A stretch of 64,000 nucleotides of DNA from a virus (lineage: Duplodnaviria; Caudoviricetes). The notes under the pieces are model-generated. The model was not told the DNA's origin, did not search any database, and saw nothing but the letters and a program-made list of their open reading frames with translations. This document shows positions 54,393 through 63,781 of the stretch, in pieces (the first letter of the stretch is position 1; each line of letters opens with the position of its first letter). A program made the position numbers and the translations under genes. The stretch is taken from the IMG/VR virus record IMGVR_UViG_2551306162_000001, positions 1 to 64,000 of that record; one strand, written 5' to 3'.

Positions 54393-54779
54393 TCACCAGG
54401 ACACCTCCTCGTTGAGGTCGACCCGCAATCGCTGCTGCGGCCCGGGCAGGCAGCAGGCGTCGCCGAGGAGGTCGTGAAATTCTTTGCGGCCGAACGTCTT
54501 GGACGGGAACGTGACCTGCGGACCGCGGCCACCATCGCCTGCGGACAGGTCGAACAGGCCATCACCGATCTTGCGGGCGCCACGGACGTTGATCTGTCCG
54601 GTCATCAACCAGAAGAAGGCGTCGGCTTCTCGGTAGAGGGGGTAGATGCCCGGCTGAACGGAGACATGGGTGGCGAGCGGTTCGTCCGCGAGCGCCGCGT
54701 CGAGCGGGTAGATCCGCCACTTCAGGATCTCCACGGTGCCGATCTCTCGGATGTCCGCGCCGGACTGCGTGTCGGTCAT
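54393..54779 (-). CDS. Hypothetical protein
   Basis: GGAG RBS. Confidence 0.7.
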   Translation of the reverse strand: MTDTQSGADIREIGTVEILKWRIYPLDAALADEPLATHVSVQPGIYPLYREADAFFWLMTGQINVRGARKIGDGLFDLSAGDGGRGPQVTFPSKTFGRKEFHDLLGDACCLPGPQQRLRVDLNEEVSW

Positions 54780-54939
54780 TTCGTGGCTCCGTACTTCTGC
54801 GCGATGGCGTAGGCGCGGTCGGCGAAGTCGGGGTCGCCGAGCCAGCGGAGGTCGTGGGCAAGGGATTCGACTTCGCCGATGAGCTGCGTCATCCGGTTGC
54901 GGCGGGCGGCGAGAGACAGGAGGAGAGCGAGCACGGTCA

Positions 54940-55242
54940 TCACAGGCCGCCTTCCGCGAAGCATCCGCAGCCGGGGCAGTGGTGCTGGAACATGCCAGGC
55001 CGCCACGTGGCGCGGTTGTCGAGCCGGTAGCCGTTCGGGAGGATGACTTCGTGGCCGCTGCGGTTGTAGAGCGGTCGGCCCTGCCGGATCGCTGCGCTGA
55101 TCCGCCAGGTGTCGCTCGGATGGAACGCCTGGCCAGTGAGGCAGTCGGTGCAGCCGCAGCCTTCGGGATCGATACCGAAACCGTTGTCCTTGAAATCGGT
55201 TTTGAGCCAAATGCCGTCGCGGCGGCCGTCGTAGTCGCTCAT
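54940..55242 (-). CDS. Hypothetical Cys-rich protein
   Basis: GCGCTDC. Confidence 0.65.
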   Translation of the reverse strand: MSDYDGRRDGIWLKTDFKDNGFGIDPEGCGCTDCLTGQAFHPSDTWRISAAIRQGRPLYNRSGHEVILPNGYRLDNRATWRPGMFQHHCPGCGCFAEGGL

Positions 55243-55445
55243 GCCCGGCCGCCCTTCTCGGTGTCCGCATCGGTCAGGTGGTTTCGGGCGGCGAGCGCGG
55301 CGGCGAGGTAGCGGGCCTGCACGCTGTTGGGCTCGGCCAGCCAGCTGGCCTGGGAGCCGAGGCTGTTGAGCGCGCAGTAGATGGCCAGCGCGAGCCGCTC
55401 CAGTTCGGGATCCCAGATGGACTCTTCGAAGTGGTCGGGTTTCAC
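55239..55445 (-). CDS. Hypothetical protein
   Basis: Coupled ORF. Confidence 0.6.
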   Translation of the reverse strand: MKPDHFEESIWDPELERLALAIYCALNSLGSQASWLAEPNSVQARYLAAALAARNHLTDADTEKGGRA

Positions 55446-55681
55446 GGGTTCTCCTGGTGGTCTTCGAGGTAGGCGTCGCAGCGGTCGCGGAGTTCGCGGA
55501 CCTGCGGCGGGGTGAGGTCGGCGCGGAGTTTCGGGCCGGGACCGGTGGCGTTGGTGGCGACGCGCAGGTGCATGTGGGCGTCGCCGGGTTCGGCGATGAC
55601 TTCGACCGCGTAGCCGTCGCGGTCGACGAGCGGGGCGTCGCCGTAGAGGGTTTCGCCCCGCGCGTCGTGGCGGGTGTTCAC
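55442..55681 (-). CDS. Hypothetical protein
   Basis: Coupled ORF. Confidence 0.6.
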   Translation of the reverse strand: MNTRHDARGETLYGDAPLVDRDGYAVEVIAEPGDAHMHLRVATNATGPGPKLRADLTPPQVRELRDRCDAYLEDHQENP

Positions 55682-56049
55682 GCCGCCGCCTGCGCCGGGG
55701 TTGCGTATCGCAGGTACCAGCCGTTGACCACGACCTTGATGTAGACGTCGTCCTCGTGGGCGAACGGTGCCGTCTCGTCGAGGATCTGGTCGAGCGCGGC
55801 CTTCGCGTGCTCGAAGCAGAACGCTTCCTCGACCACGCTGAGCGAGATCGGGGCGTCGGTGTCCTCGTCGTAGGCGATGCGCGTCCAGTCGACGTGGACC
55901 GACGCGGTGACCGAGTCGCCGTGACGGCAACCGCCTTCGTGGCATTCGGTGCCGACGAAGTCCTCGCCGTTCCAGTCGGTGTCGAGGCTGACGCGCGGGT
56001 CCTTCTCGGGGAGGCCGAGGGCTTCGCGGACCTGGGTTTCGGTGAGCAT
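55678..56049 (-). CDS. Hypothetical protein
   Basis: C..C...FCFEHA. Confidence 0.65.
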   Translation of the reverse strand: MLTETQVREALGLPEKDPRVSLDTDWNGEDFVGTECHEGGCRHGDSVTASVHVDWTRIAYDEDTDAPISLSVVEEAFCFEHAKAALDQILDETAPFAHEDDVYIKVVVNGWYLRYATPAQAAA

Positions 56050-56060
56050 GGTGTCGCCTT

Positions 56061-56351
56061 TCAGGCAGCGGCGGCCGGGGCCGCGAGGAGGACTTCGTGG
56101 ACGGTGACGTCGGGGCAGGCGCTGATCAGGGCGAGGGTGTCGATGGCCTCGGCCGCGTGCTCCATGCACAGGTGGTGGGTGTCGGTCCAGGCGCCCGCGC
56201 TGTGCGAGTGCTCGACCTCGATGCGGACGAGGGCGTCGTAGGGGCACTCGTCGCACTCGCCGTAGATGACGCCCGGCTCGCGGGTGGTGAAGCCGCGGAA
56301 GTCGGTGGCGGTGACGCCGAGGAGGTCGGCGATGGCCTGGGTGGCGGTCAC
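56061..56351 (-). CDS. Hypothetical protein
   Basis: CDEC...LCMEHA; resembles the neighbouring gene. Confidence 0.65.
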   Translation of the reverse strand: MTATQAIADLLGVTATDFRGFTTREPGVIYGECDECPYDALVRIEVEHSHSAGAWTDTHHLCMEHAAEAIDTLALISACPDVTVHEVLLAAPAAAA

Positions 56352-56526
56352 GCCGCCACCTCCAGCGGGGTCTCGGCGAACTCGCAGTAGGTGACGCGCT
56401 CGCCGGTGCGGATGTCGCGCCAGGTCTGGCAGTCCTCGTGCCCGCAGGTGGGGCGGGGGTCCGTGGTGCTCACGCGGGGTCCTTTCGTCGGCGGTTCCGG
56501 AGGGCCATCCGGTTTCAATACGTCGT

Positions 56527-56555
56527 AATCTAATCCAATGCATTGGACTACGCAA
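56527..56555 (-). promoter_or_regulatory. Leftward early promoter TTGCGT-17-TAGATT with palindromic TCCAATGCATTGGA
   Basis: Located at the strand-switch point. Confidence 0.75.
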
Positions 56556-56713
56556 GGGCCTCGCGCGTCGAGCTTTCCGAGTTCACCACCTCGGCACGCC
56601 CCACCCCTCGGCCAGGGACGGCCCGACCAGCGCGATTCATCTGCACATATGCGGCCACAGCGGCTTGCCGGCGCATGCGTCAGGTAACGATCGAGGCAAC
56701 GCCGTCCAATATC

Positions 56714-56742
56714 TTGCGTTCTATTCCAATGCACCGTAATGT
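56714..56742 (+). promoter_or_regulatory. Rightward early promoter TTGCGT-17-TAATGT with TCCAATGCA
   Basis: Divergent partner of the 56527 promoter. Confidence 0.75.
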
Positions 56743-56795
56743 CGTCGTCAGCGGAACACGCCGCACCAGCCCCCACCGACACGGAAGGCCCCGAG

Positions 56796-57200
56796 ATGAT
56801 CACCACCACCTACCGCCGCACCCGCGCCGCCCGCCTGGCTGCGGCCCGCATCATCGGCAAGCGCCTCGCCGGTGCCCAGGCCGTCCGCCTGGTCCGCGCC
56901 CTGCGCTCCCTCAACGGTGTGTGGGTGTCCGGCCAGATCGAGCGAGGCGAGATCATCACCGTGTCGCAGGCCATGACCGCCCTCGGCGCCGACGCCGAGC
57001 TGGTGCGCCGCTTCGCCTCCCACGCGGGCAAGCGGATCAAGGCCGCCTGGATCGCCCACCACGGCGCGCACGAGCCGATGCGGATCTGGAAGTTCGTGCA
57101 CGACCGCCCCCGCCAGGTCGCCGCCTACAAGCCCGCCGACCCCGCCATCCGCGACGGCCTCGCCGCCTACGACCGCACCGCCCACCTCGTCGCCGCCTGA
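56796..57200 (+). CDS. Hypothetical basic protein
   Basis: First gene of the plus-strand arm. Confidence 0.7.
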   Translation: MITTTYRRTRAARLAAARIIGKRLAGAQAVRLVRALRSLNGVWVSGQIERGEIITVSQAMTALGADAELVRRFASHAGKRIKAAWIAHHGAHEPMRIWKFVHDRPRQVAAYKPADPAIRDGLAAYDRTAHLVAA

Positions 57201-57254
57201 CACCCCCACCCGGCCGGGGCACACCCGCCCCGGCCCCAACCCGAAAGGCACATC

Positions 57255-57527
57255 ATGAGCACCGAATTCGCGCCCGAACTGCTCACCTGGACCGCTCGGC
57301 CGATCCCCGGCGCCCCGGACCGGGAGGTCATGTTCACCGACCTGTCCTGCGCCGACGGCACCCTCCACGGCGTCGTTTTCCACCTCAACGGCGAGACCTG
57401 GGCGACCGTGATCGGGGTCGACGAGAACGGCACCGAGACCAACAGGGCGCTCGCCCACGGCCCGTTCACGCGAGACGACGCGAAGGACTGGGTCCGCGAC
57501 ACGCTCCTGCTGCTCACCGCCCCCTGA
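57255..57527 (+). CDS. Hypothetical protein
   Basis: AAAGG RBS. Confidence 0.7.
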   Translation: MSTEFAPELLTWTARPIPGAPDREVMFTDLSCADGTLHGVVFHLNGETWATVIGVDENGTETNRALAHGPFTRDDAKDWVRDTLLLLTAP

Positions 57528-57626
57528 CCGGTTGGCGGGGTCGACGCACAACGGCGTGCGGAAGGGACCAACGACGCTCCCCCACAGACCCCGCCAACCC
57601 TCCACCGACCGACCGGAAGGACCGAC

Positions 57627-57851
57627 ATGAAACGCATCCGCATCGAAACCGGGTCCGACGTACGCCGCTGGGACACCTACGAACTCGACGTGCCCGACGA
57701 CTTCGACGGCGACACCGACGCCGGACAGCAGTACCTGCGCGACCGGCTCGGCGCCAACAGCGGCATCACCCTGGTCGACACGAGCTACGAGAACGAGTAC
57801 GAGAAGTACCCGCCGGAGAAGGCGGACATCAACACCTGGACGGTGATCTGA
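57627..57851 (+). CDS. Hypothetical acidic protein
   Basis: GGAAGGA RBS. Confidence 0.7.
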   Translation: MKRIRIETGSDVRRWDTYELDVPDDFDGDTDAGQQYLRDRLGANSGITLVDTSYENEYEKYPPEKADINTWTVI

Positions 57852-58037
57852 ATGCCTCGCATCTACCGCGTCGTCGGTGTCGACAAGGACGACGTCGTCC
57901 AGTTCGAGTGGGAGATGGCGACAGCGAGAAGCGCCCGGAAGGCGGCCGCAAGAGCGAATCGGCGCGCCGCCAAGCTCGACTCCCCGCACACCTGGCGCGC
58001 CGAGTACGCCGACATCGAGTGGAAGGCACTCCCGTGA
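57852..58037 (+). CDS. Hypothetical protein
   Basis: Coupled ORF. Confidence 0.6.
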   Translation: MPRIYRVVGVDKDDVVQFEWEMATARSARKAAARANRRAAKLDSPHTWRAEYADIEWKALP

Positions 58038-58516
58038 TCCTCGCACCCGCCGCCATCCCCGCCCTCGCCGCTGTCGAGATCGAGTACGGCAACGCCGACC
58101 TCGACGACCAGCCCGTCGCCGACCTGCAGCACACCCTCCACACCGCCTGGCTCGAGTACCGCCACCGCGCCACCTCCAACCTCGACACCGAGGACCAGGC
58201 GTGGACCATCGGCCGCGTCGACGCCGCCCTCGCCCGCCACCGCGTCATCCGCGCCGAGATCATCGACGCCTACCAGGTCCTCCACACGGATCTCGACGCG
58301 CACACCCCGGTCAGGATCGCCGACCTGCGTGCCGTCGTGCTCGACGCCACCTACTCGCGGCGCCGCCTGTTCGATCAGGCCATCGAGGCGCTCGGCCGGG
58401 AGGAGGGCGTGCATGTGCGGACCGAGGCCGACAGGAAGCGGCTGACCCGCTCCGACCATGACGCCGCGGTGACGCTCGCCGGCACCCCGCGCCACCACCT
58501 GCTCATCGAAGCGTGA
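58034..58516 (+). CDS. Hypothetical protein (winged-helix-like C-terminus)
   Basis: IIDAY..L...VRIADLR...FDQAI. Confidence 0.65.
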   Translation: MILAPAAIPALAAVEIEYGNADLDDQPVADLQHTLHTAWLEYRHRATSNLDTEDQAWTIGRVDAALARHRVIRAEIIDAYQVLHTDLDAHTPVRIADLRAVVLDATYSRRRLFDQAIEALGREEGVHVRTEADRKRLTRSDHDAAVTLAGTPRHHLLIEA

Positions 58517-58527
58517 AAGGGACTCCC

Positions 58528-58940
58528 ATGACTGACATTCCCAGCTGGATCGAGGTGGGCGCGCCGGTGGCGTTCGTGGTCGCTGGCAGCTACGCCGCGT
58601 CCGTGGCGTTCGGCACCATCACCAAGATCGGCAAGAGGGACATCATGGCCGAGGTCGACGGCCGCGTCGAGCGCTTCAACGTCTCCCGGCGCACCGACTA
58701 CGACGGCGTCGCCTGGCTGTCACGCAGCAGCGGCGGCCGCTGGTCCACCTTCCACGAGCTGGGCCCGGCCGACTCGCCGCGCGCAGCTCACATGGCCGCG
58801 AAAGCCGGCAGGAGGCGGCCACCTACCGCATGGTCGCCACGTTCGAGAGCTTCCGCAACAGCAGCGAGGTCGCCGAGGCGAAGGTGCTGCGCGCGGCCGT
58901 CGACGAGTGGCTCGCCCTCCACGAGCGGCAGGAGAGCTGA
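58528..58940 (+). pseudogene. Hypothetical gene with apparent frameshift near 58806
   Basis: Coding signal moves to the -1 frame after AAA GCC. Confidence 0.5.
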
Positions 58941-59134
58941 CGTCAACTCCCCCAACATCACCTCGACCTGCCGTGTGTGCGCTCAGCTCGTGTTCTGGAT
59001 CGAGTGTCCGACCGGCGGCTGGTGGGCGCACGACGAGCACCCCGACGACGACCACGACGCGGTCGCGCCGTTCGAGCCGAAGCAGCGCATGGACGACTCC
59101 GGCTGGCTGCACACCGTTCACCCGGGAACCGGCC

Positions 59135-59293
59135 GTGACCGCTGACGACCAGCCCACCGAGCGCCCGGACCTGGCGGCGTGGCGGAAGCGGGCCGAGCTT
59201 CGCCGTTCCAGCGCCGCCCAGCCGATCCCGTCCGGCAAGACCTACCAGCGCAAACCGAAACATCCCCAAGAACAGGACAAACGAGATGGATAG
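59135..59293 (+). CDS. Small basic protein
   Basis: ELRRSSAAQP...YQRK.KH. Confidence 0.6.
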   Translation: MTADDQPTERPDLAAWRKRAELRRSSAAQPIPSGKTYQRKPKHPQEQDKRDG

Positions 59294-59720
59294 CGCCGAA
59301 CCTCAGCCGCTGATCCCTGCCCCGGATGCCCCGCACGCCTACGTGGCCGTCAGGCGCATGCACAGCGTCAACGCCGACCGGCCCGAGTGGGAGTACCCCG
59401 CTTACGTGGTTCCCGAGTGGGACCGCGAACGCATCGACGAACTCCGGCATTTCGGCTTCGCCCTCCTGCCGATCGGCCCGGACGGGGACACCGGCACCCG
59501 TGCCGTCACCGAGCCGCGCAAGATCACCGACTTCGGCGAGTTCACGCACCTGCCCATCGGGACCGTCGTCGCGGGCACTGACACCGGCACCGTCTTCGAG
59601 CGCGTCGACTGCGGATGGATGCGGATGGGGCACAACATCCCCTGCTACCACTACGAGGTCTTCGAGCACGACAAGGCCGCTGTCGTCCTGCGCATGGGGT
59701 CGGTGTCCGATGGCGCGTGA
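59286..59720 (+). CDS. Hypothetical protein
   Basis: LPIGTVV motif. Confidence 0.65.
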   Translation: MDSAEPQPLIPAPDAPHAYVAVRRMHSVNADRPEWEYPAYVVPEWDRERIDELRHFGFALLPIGPDGDTGTRAVTEPRKITDFGEFTHLPIGTVVAGTDTGTVFERVDCGWMRMGHNIPCYHYEVFEHDKAAVVLRMGSVSDGA

Positions 59721-59886
59721 CCGCGACACCCCGATCAGCCCGAATGCGTGTGGGTTGTGTGATGTCGACCGCGAGGAGCACCTCAACCTCTGGCACCCGG
59801 ATGGGCCGGGCAGCGGCTGGCATCAGTGGATCGAACCGACCGACGCGCAACGCAAGCAACGACTCCTCGCTAGGAGAGCAGCATGA
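59710..59886 (+). CDS. Small Cys/His protein
   Basis: PNACGLC...H..W...GWHQW. Confidence 0.65.
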   Translation: MARDRDTPISPNACGLCDVDREEHLNLWHPDGPGSGWHQWIEPTDAQRKQRLLARRAA

Positions 59887-60257
59887 ACAGCGACGACCTG
59901 GCCAAGCTTCTCGACCCCGAGGCGTGGGCATTCGGTTGGTCGACCCTCGGCGAGGCGATCGAGATCCAGACCAGGCGCGAGCGGAGCCAGGTGTACGCCG
60001 AGCGCCTCATCGCCTCCGGATACACGGTGGTGAAACGTCCCACATGCGGGCCGCCCGAGGAGAAGACGAGCGGTGTCGTCGAGCCGCTCGTGCTGGAGGA
60101 CCTGCGTCGCATGGTTGCCGCCACGCAGGACTGGTCGCCGGTCACGATCGTTCAGGTCGCACGGCTGGGCAGCACCCTCAATCCCAAGCGCGGCGCGTCC
60201 GTGCTGACCGCGGTACGGGGCAGCCTCGCCGCGCATCGAAAGCGAGACCTCAAATGA
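59883..60257 (+). CDS. Hypothetical protein
   Basis: Coupled ORF. Confidence 0.6.
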   Translation: MNSDDLAKLLDPEAWAFGWSTLGEAIEIQTRRERSQVYAERLIASGYTVVKRPTCGPPEEKTSGVVEPLVLEDLRRMVAATQDWSPVTIVQVARLGSTLNPKRGASVLTAVRGSLAAHRKRDLK

Positions 60258-60814
60258 TGAAACCGCTGCTGTACCTCGACGTCGACGGCCCGCTGAACCC
60301 GTTCGGCGCGAAGCCGGAGAAGCGTCCGGCCGGGTACGAAACCCACCGGCTGATGCCCGCTGAGTGGCTGGCCCGGCATCCGAACACCCCGCCCGAGCGG
60401 GTCACCCCGCTGCGTGTGTGGCTGAACACCGAGCACGGGCCGCGGCTGCTCGCCCTGGCCGGCGTGTTCGAGCTGGTGTGGGCGACCACCTGGGAGCACG
60501 AGGCCAACGCGATGATCGGTCCGCTGATCGGGTTGCCGGAGCTGCCGGTCGTCGAGTGGGACGATCGGCCGCGGCTGAACGTTTCGGGCACGTACTGGAA
60601 GACGCCCCAGCTGATCGACCATGCGGCGGGGCGGCCGTTCGCGTGGGTCGACGACTGCATCACCCGCCGCGACCGCGAGTACGTGGACTGCTACCACGAC
60701 GGGCCCGCGCTCCTGCGCTACGTCGACCCGGCGAAGGGGCTGCTCGACGACGACTTCACGACACTCGAGGCGTGGGGCACGTGTCAGTCCGGCGTGGCAG
60801 GATCGGCCGCATGA
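60254..60814 (+). CDS. HAD phosphatase (Swiss Army Knife RNA-repair type)
   Basis: YLDVDGPLN, VWATTW, K, FAWVDD. Confidence 0.88.
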   Translation: MMKPLLYLDVDGPLNPFGAKPEKRPAGYETHRLMPAEWLARHPNTPPERVTPLRVWLNTEHGPRLLALAGVFELVWATTWEHEANAMIGPLIGLPELPVVEWDDRPRLNVSGTYWKTPQLIDHAAGRPFAWVDDCITRRDREYVDCYHDGPALLRYVDPAKGLLDDDFTTLEAWGTCQSGVAGSAA

Positions 60815-61380
60815 CCACCGACCCGCTCGACCAGCCGATCTACACGCGCCGAGACCTGATGCGGATCGGCCACGCCCTCCTGCATGTCCCCCACACCGGG
60901 GAGATCGAGTTCACTGAGGGCCGCCCGCCCGCCGAGCCGACCCCCGACGTGCTGGTGTCGATGCTCGACCAGCTCGCCGGGATCCTGCGGGGGAAGATGG
61001 CCGCGCCGACCGAGGTCGAGAAGGCCGTGTGGGCGGCGTGGGGCGAGGTCGACGACAACGACCCGGCGCCGGTGAAACGGATCGCGGCGGCGCTCGGCAT
61101 GACCCCGGCCGACGTGGCGTTCATCGTCTACCCGGCTGACGAGTTTGGGCCGTGGGACGACAGCCAGGAACCCGACCTCGAGGACGCTCATTTCGTGCCC
61201 GCCGCCGAGCAGGAAGACGACGCGCACGAGGACGACGAGCCGTGGACGTGCGATGTGTGCGACGAGCCCGCCGAGGTGATCGTGGTCCAGCCGAGCGAGG
61301 ACGGCGGTCACCCGCATCCGCTGTGTGCCGAGCATGTCGAGCAGCTCGGCCGCGATCTCAAAGCCGACCGCGGCGACTAG
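60811..61380 (+). CDS. Hypothetical protein
   Basis: Coupled ORF; HTH-like segment and C..C...C..H. Confidence 0.6.
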   Translation: MTTDPLDQPIYTRRDLMRIGHALLHVPHTGEIEFTEGRPPAEPTPDVLVSMLDQLAGILRGKMAAPTEVEKAVWAAWGEVDDNDPAPVKRIAAALGMTPADVAFIVYPADEFGPWDDSQEPDLEDAHFVPAAEQEDDAHEDDEPWTCDVCDEPAEVIVVQPSEDGGHPHPLCAEHVEQLGRDLKADRGD

Positions 61381-61390
61381 GGTGGCCCCG

Positions 61391-61567
61391 GTGAGTTTCC
61401 AGGTTGGTGACAAGGTCCGGCTAGGTGAGACGGTGTCCACCGTCTACGAGGTGGTCGAGTTCGACGACGACCCGGCGATCGTGAAGGTCGTGCGGGCGGA
61501 TGCCGGCGAGCATCCGGGGGTGTATCCGCACTGGTGGCGGGCAGATCTGCTGCGGCCGGTGGAGTGA
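61391..61567 (+). CDS. Small hypothetical protein
   Basis: FQVGDKV SH3-like start. Confidence 0.55.
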   Translation: MSFQVGDKVRLGETVSTVYEVVEFDDDPAIVKVVRADAGEHPGVYPHWWRADLLRPVE

Positions 61568-61603
61568 CGGCGATTGGGGCAGTGAGGTTTTCACACCAAC
61601 CCC

Positions 61604-61683
61604 TAGACAGGTCGTAAATTACGACCTATAGTTAGTGATGTCAGCAGGGCAGGCAAACGGCCAGCCCTCACCCCCAGAGGGAG
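61604..61683 (+). promoter_or_regulatory. Promoter, palindromic operator and leader hairpin, copy 1
   Basis: TAGACA-GGTCGTAAATTACGACC-TATAGT; hairpin at 61647-61667. Confidence 0.85.
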
Positions 61684-61689
61684 CATCCG

Positions 61690-62310
61690 ATGACCACCAC
61701 CACCGCCGGCACCTGGAACAACCGCGTCGACAGCTACGCCGTGTCCGTCGGCCAGACCATCATCGAAAGCCTCGGCGAGTTCGCCAACGAATACGACATC
61801 GACGCCATCGAAGGCGAGTACCGCGCCGCGATCGACGCCGCGCTGCCCGAGGGTCTGCAGCTGGTCGGCGACGAGTTCATCGCCGAGCTCGACGCCGACT
61901 ACAGCGGCTACCCGGCCAGCGACGACGGCCGCCTCGACATCAAGGCCATCGTCGACGAGATCGATTTCTGGGCCATCGCCGAAAAGCACGAGGCCCCCTC
62001 CGTCTGGATCTACGAGGACAACTCCGGCGCCGTCTACATGGAGCGCGGAGGCGATGCCTGGGCGATCGGGCCGGTCACCGGCGACCTCGAGGGTCAGGCC
62101 ACCGAGCACGCCAAGGCGTGGAACGCGCGCGACTGGGAGCCCAGCGAGGACGATGGCCAGACCCGCATCGCCGTCGCGCAGCTCGCCGACCTCGTCCACA
62201 TCGCCACCTGGAACATCAACACCGGCCTCGACGTCGAGCGCGACGCCTACAGCGACCCCGTCGCGGGCGCCGGCGGCCGGGCGTTCCTCGGCGTCGACTC
62301 CGGCAACTGA
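61690..62310 (+). CDS. Highly acidic protein, candidate anti-defence factor
   Basis: About 41 D/E versus 11 K/R; first gene after a strong promoter. Confidence 0.75.
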   Translation: MTTTTAGTWNNRVDSYAVSVGQTIIESLGEFANEYDIDAIEGEYRAAIDAALPEGLQLVGDEFIAELDADYSGYPASDDGRLDIKAIVDEIDFWAIAEKHEAPSVWIYEDNSGAVYMERGGDAWAIGPVTGDLEGQATEHAKAWNARDWEPSEDDGQTRIAVAQLADLVHIATWNINTGLDVERDAYSDPVAGAGGRAFLGVDSGN

Positions 62311-62316
62311 CCCCAC

Positions 62317-62350
62317 ATGGCCGCTCGCCCTCCCCCGGGTGAGCGGCCAT
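62317..62350 (+). terminator. Intergenic hairpin
   Basis: ATGGCCGCTCGCCC/GGGTGAGCGGCCAT; no U-tract. Confidence 0.5.
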
Positions 62351-62370
62351 TCCCACCTTAGGAGCGCCTC

Positions 62371-62802
62371 ATGCCCACCAACCCCGCCGAGACGTCGGAA
62401 CTCGACCTAGAGGGCAACCCGATCGGACCGATGACCGCGGCCGAGTTCAAGGTCGTGCGTGAGTACCTCGGCCTGACCACGAGGTGGCTGTCCGAACAGT
62501 TCAACGTCGACGAACGCAGCGTGCAGCGCTGGGAGGGCGGGCAGCGCGTCATCCCCGAAGCTGTCCGCGAAGCCATGGAAGCCCTGGAGGCGCACGCCGG
62601 TGAGATGGTCGGACGTCTCGTCGCCGTGCTCAACGACATGGCCGAGCCCGCGGTGCTCACCTACCGCACCGATCGCGAATTCCACCAGCACTTCCCCGAG
62701 GAGACCCGTCCGGCCGCGTGGCATCGGGCTGTGGTCGCCCGCGCGGTCCAGGAAGTGCCGGGCGTGTCGATCGACTACTGGAGCAGTGATGCAGCAGGCT
62801 GA
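62371..62802 (+). CDS. Aca2/YdiL-like DUF1870 HTH regulator
   Basis: MTAAEFKVVREYLGLT...V..RSVQRWEGG..IP...TYRTD...WHRAVVAR. Confidence 0.8.
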   Translation: MPTNPAETSELDLEGNPIGPMTAAEFKVVREYLGLTTRWLSEQFNVDERSVQRWEGGQRVIPEAVREAMEALEAHAGEMVGRLVAVLNDMAEPAVLTYRTDREFHQHFPEETRPAAWHRAVVARAVQEVPGVSIDYWSSDAAG

Positions 62803-63733
62803 CAGTTTGGTGCCAGGCCAGCAGGTCAGCCTTGGCGAGGCGCTGAAACGAGCACCCGCAGCGCGTACATCGGCGGGACGCATCCGCGCGACCGCCCTGC
62901 CGAAGCTGCGCGACCAGACCCGCCAGTTCACCGCGGCGCCGTCCTACGACGAGAGCTCGGTCAGCGCCGAACCGTTGCTGCCTCAGATCACGCGTCACCT
63001 GGAAATCTCCGAGTTGTACTGGGTTTCGGTCGACATGGCCGCACTGGCAGTGTCGGCCGGTGCGGCACTGGATCTCGACGAGATCGACTTCGACGTCTGT
63101 CTCGCGCCGTCGCGCACCGGCCTGCTGCTGTTCGACGGCGGCGTCGGTGCGGTCACCTACGGAGACATCGACTGCCCTGTCGATGCCGTGTCTTGGGGGC
63201 CGATGGCCGGTGGCCGTGGTCTGCTGTTGTGCTTCTACGTCGCCCGCTGGCGGATCCGCGACGGGCTGAGCGCGGCTGACATCCAGCTCGACGACACGTC
63301 CACCCCGCCGTTGATCCCGATCAGCACCACCGAAGACGTCGGCGCTACCGGTAGCGCCGACCGTCCCGCTGACACAGTGCGGCGCGCGTTGATCGCGACC
63401 TGGCATCTGATGCAGCAGCCCACCGTGGCATGGACCGGCCGGGCCGAACCGGACAAGAAGACCGCTCGCGCCCACGCCCGGCTCGGCAAGGCGGTCGCCG
63501 AGGTCAACATCATCGACCTGCGCCGCCTCTATCAGGCGACCGACCCTGACCACGAGCCGGAGGAGAAACCCGGCCGGTACTCGCACCGATGGGTCGTGAC
63601 CGGACACTGGCGCAACCAGCCCCACGGGCCGGACCGCGCGCAGCGCAAACGCATCTGGATCCCGGACCACGTGAAGGGCCCTGACGGCGCGCCGTTGCTG
63701 GTGCGCGAGCGGGTCAATGTGTGGCGCAGATGA
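62789..63733 (+). CDS. Hypothetical protein with C-terminal GHW motif (possibly AcrVA2/FinQ-like)
   Basis: HRWVVTGHWRNQPHG...RKRIWIP. Confidence 0.7.
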   Translation: MQQADSLVPGQQVSLGEALKRAPAARTSAGRIRATALPKLRDQTRQFTAAPSYDESSVSAEPLLPQITRHLEISELYWVSVDMAALAVSAGAALDLDEIDFDVCLAPSRTGLLLFDGGVGAVTYGDIDCPVDAVSWGPMAGGRGLLLCFYVARWRIRDGLSAADIQLDDTSTPPLIPISTTEDVGATGSADRPADTVRRALIATWHLMQQPTVAWTGRAEPDKKTARAHARLGKAVAEVNIIDLRRLYQATDPDHEPEEKPGRYSHRWVVTGHWRNQPHGPDRAQRKRIWIPDHVKGPDGAPLLVRERVNVWRR

Positions 63734-63781
63734 TGGTTTCGGTCTGCGGCGGGGATTGTGTTCCGGGCTTTCCCGAGAGAC

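Noticed and set aside
56543-58516. 657-aa plus-strand ORF
   Set aside because: Arg/Pro-rich off-frame read across several real small genes; only the last ~160 aa is coding
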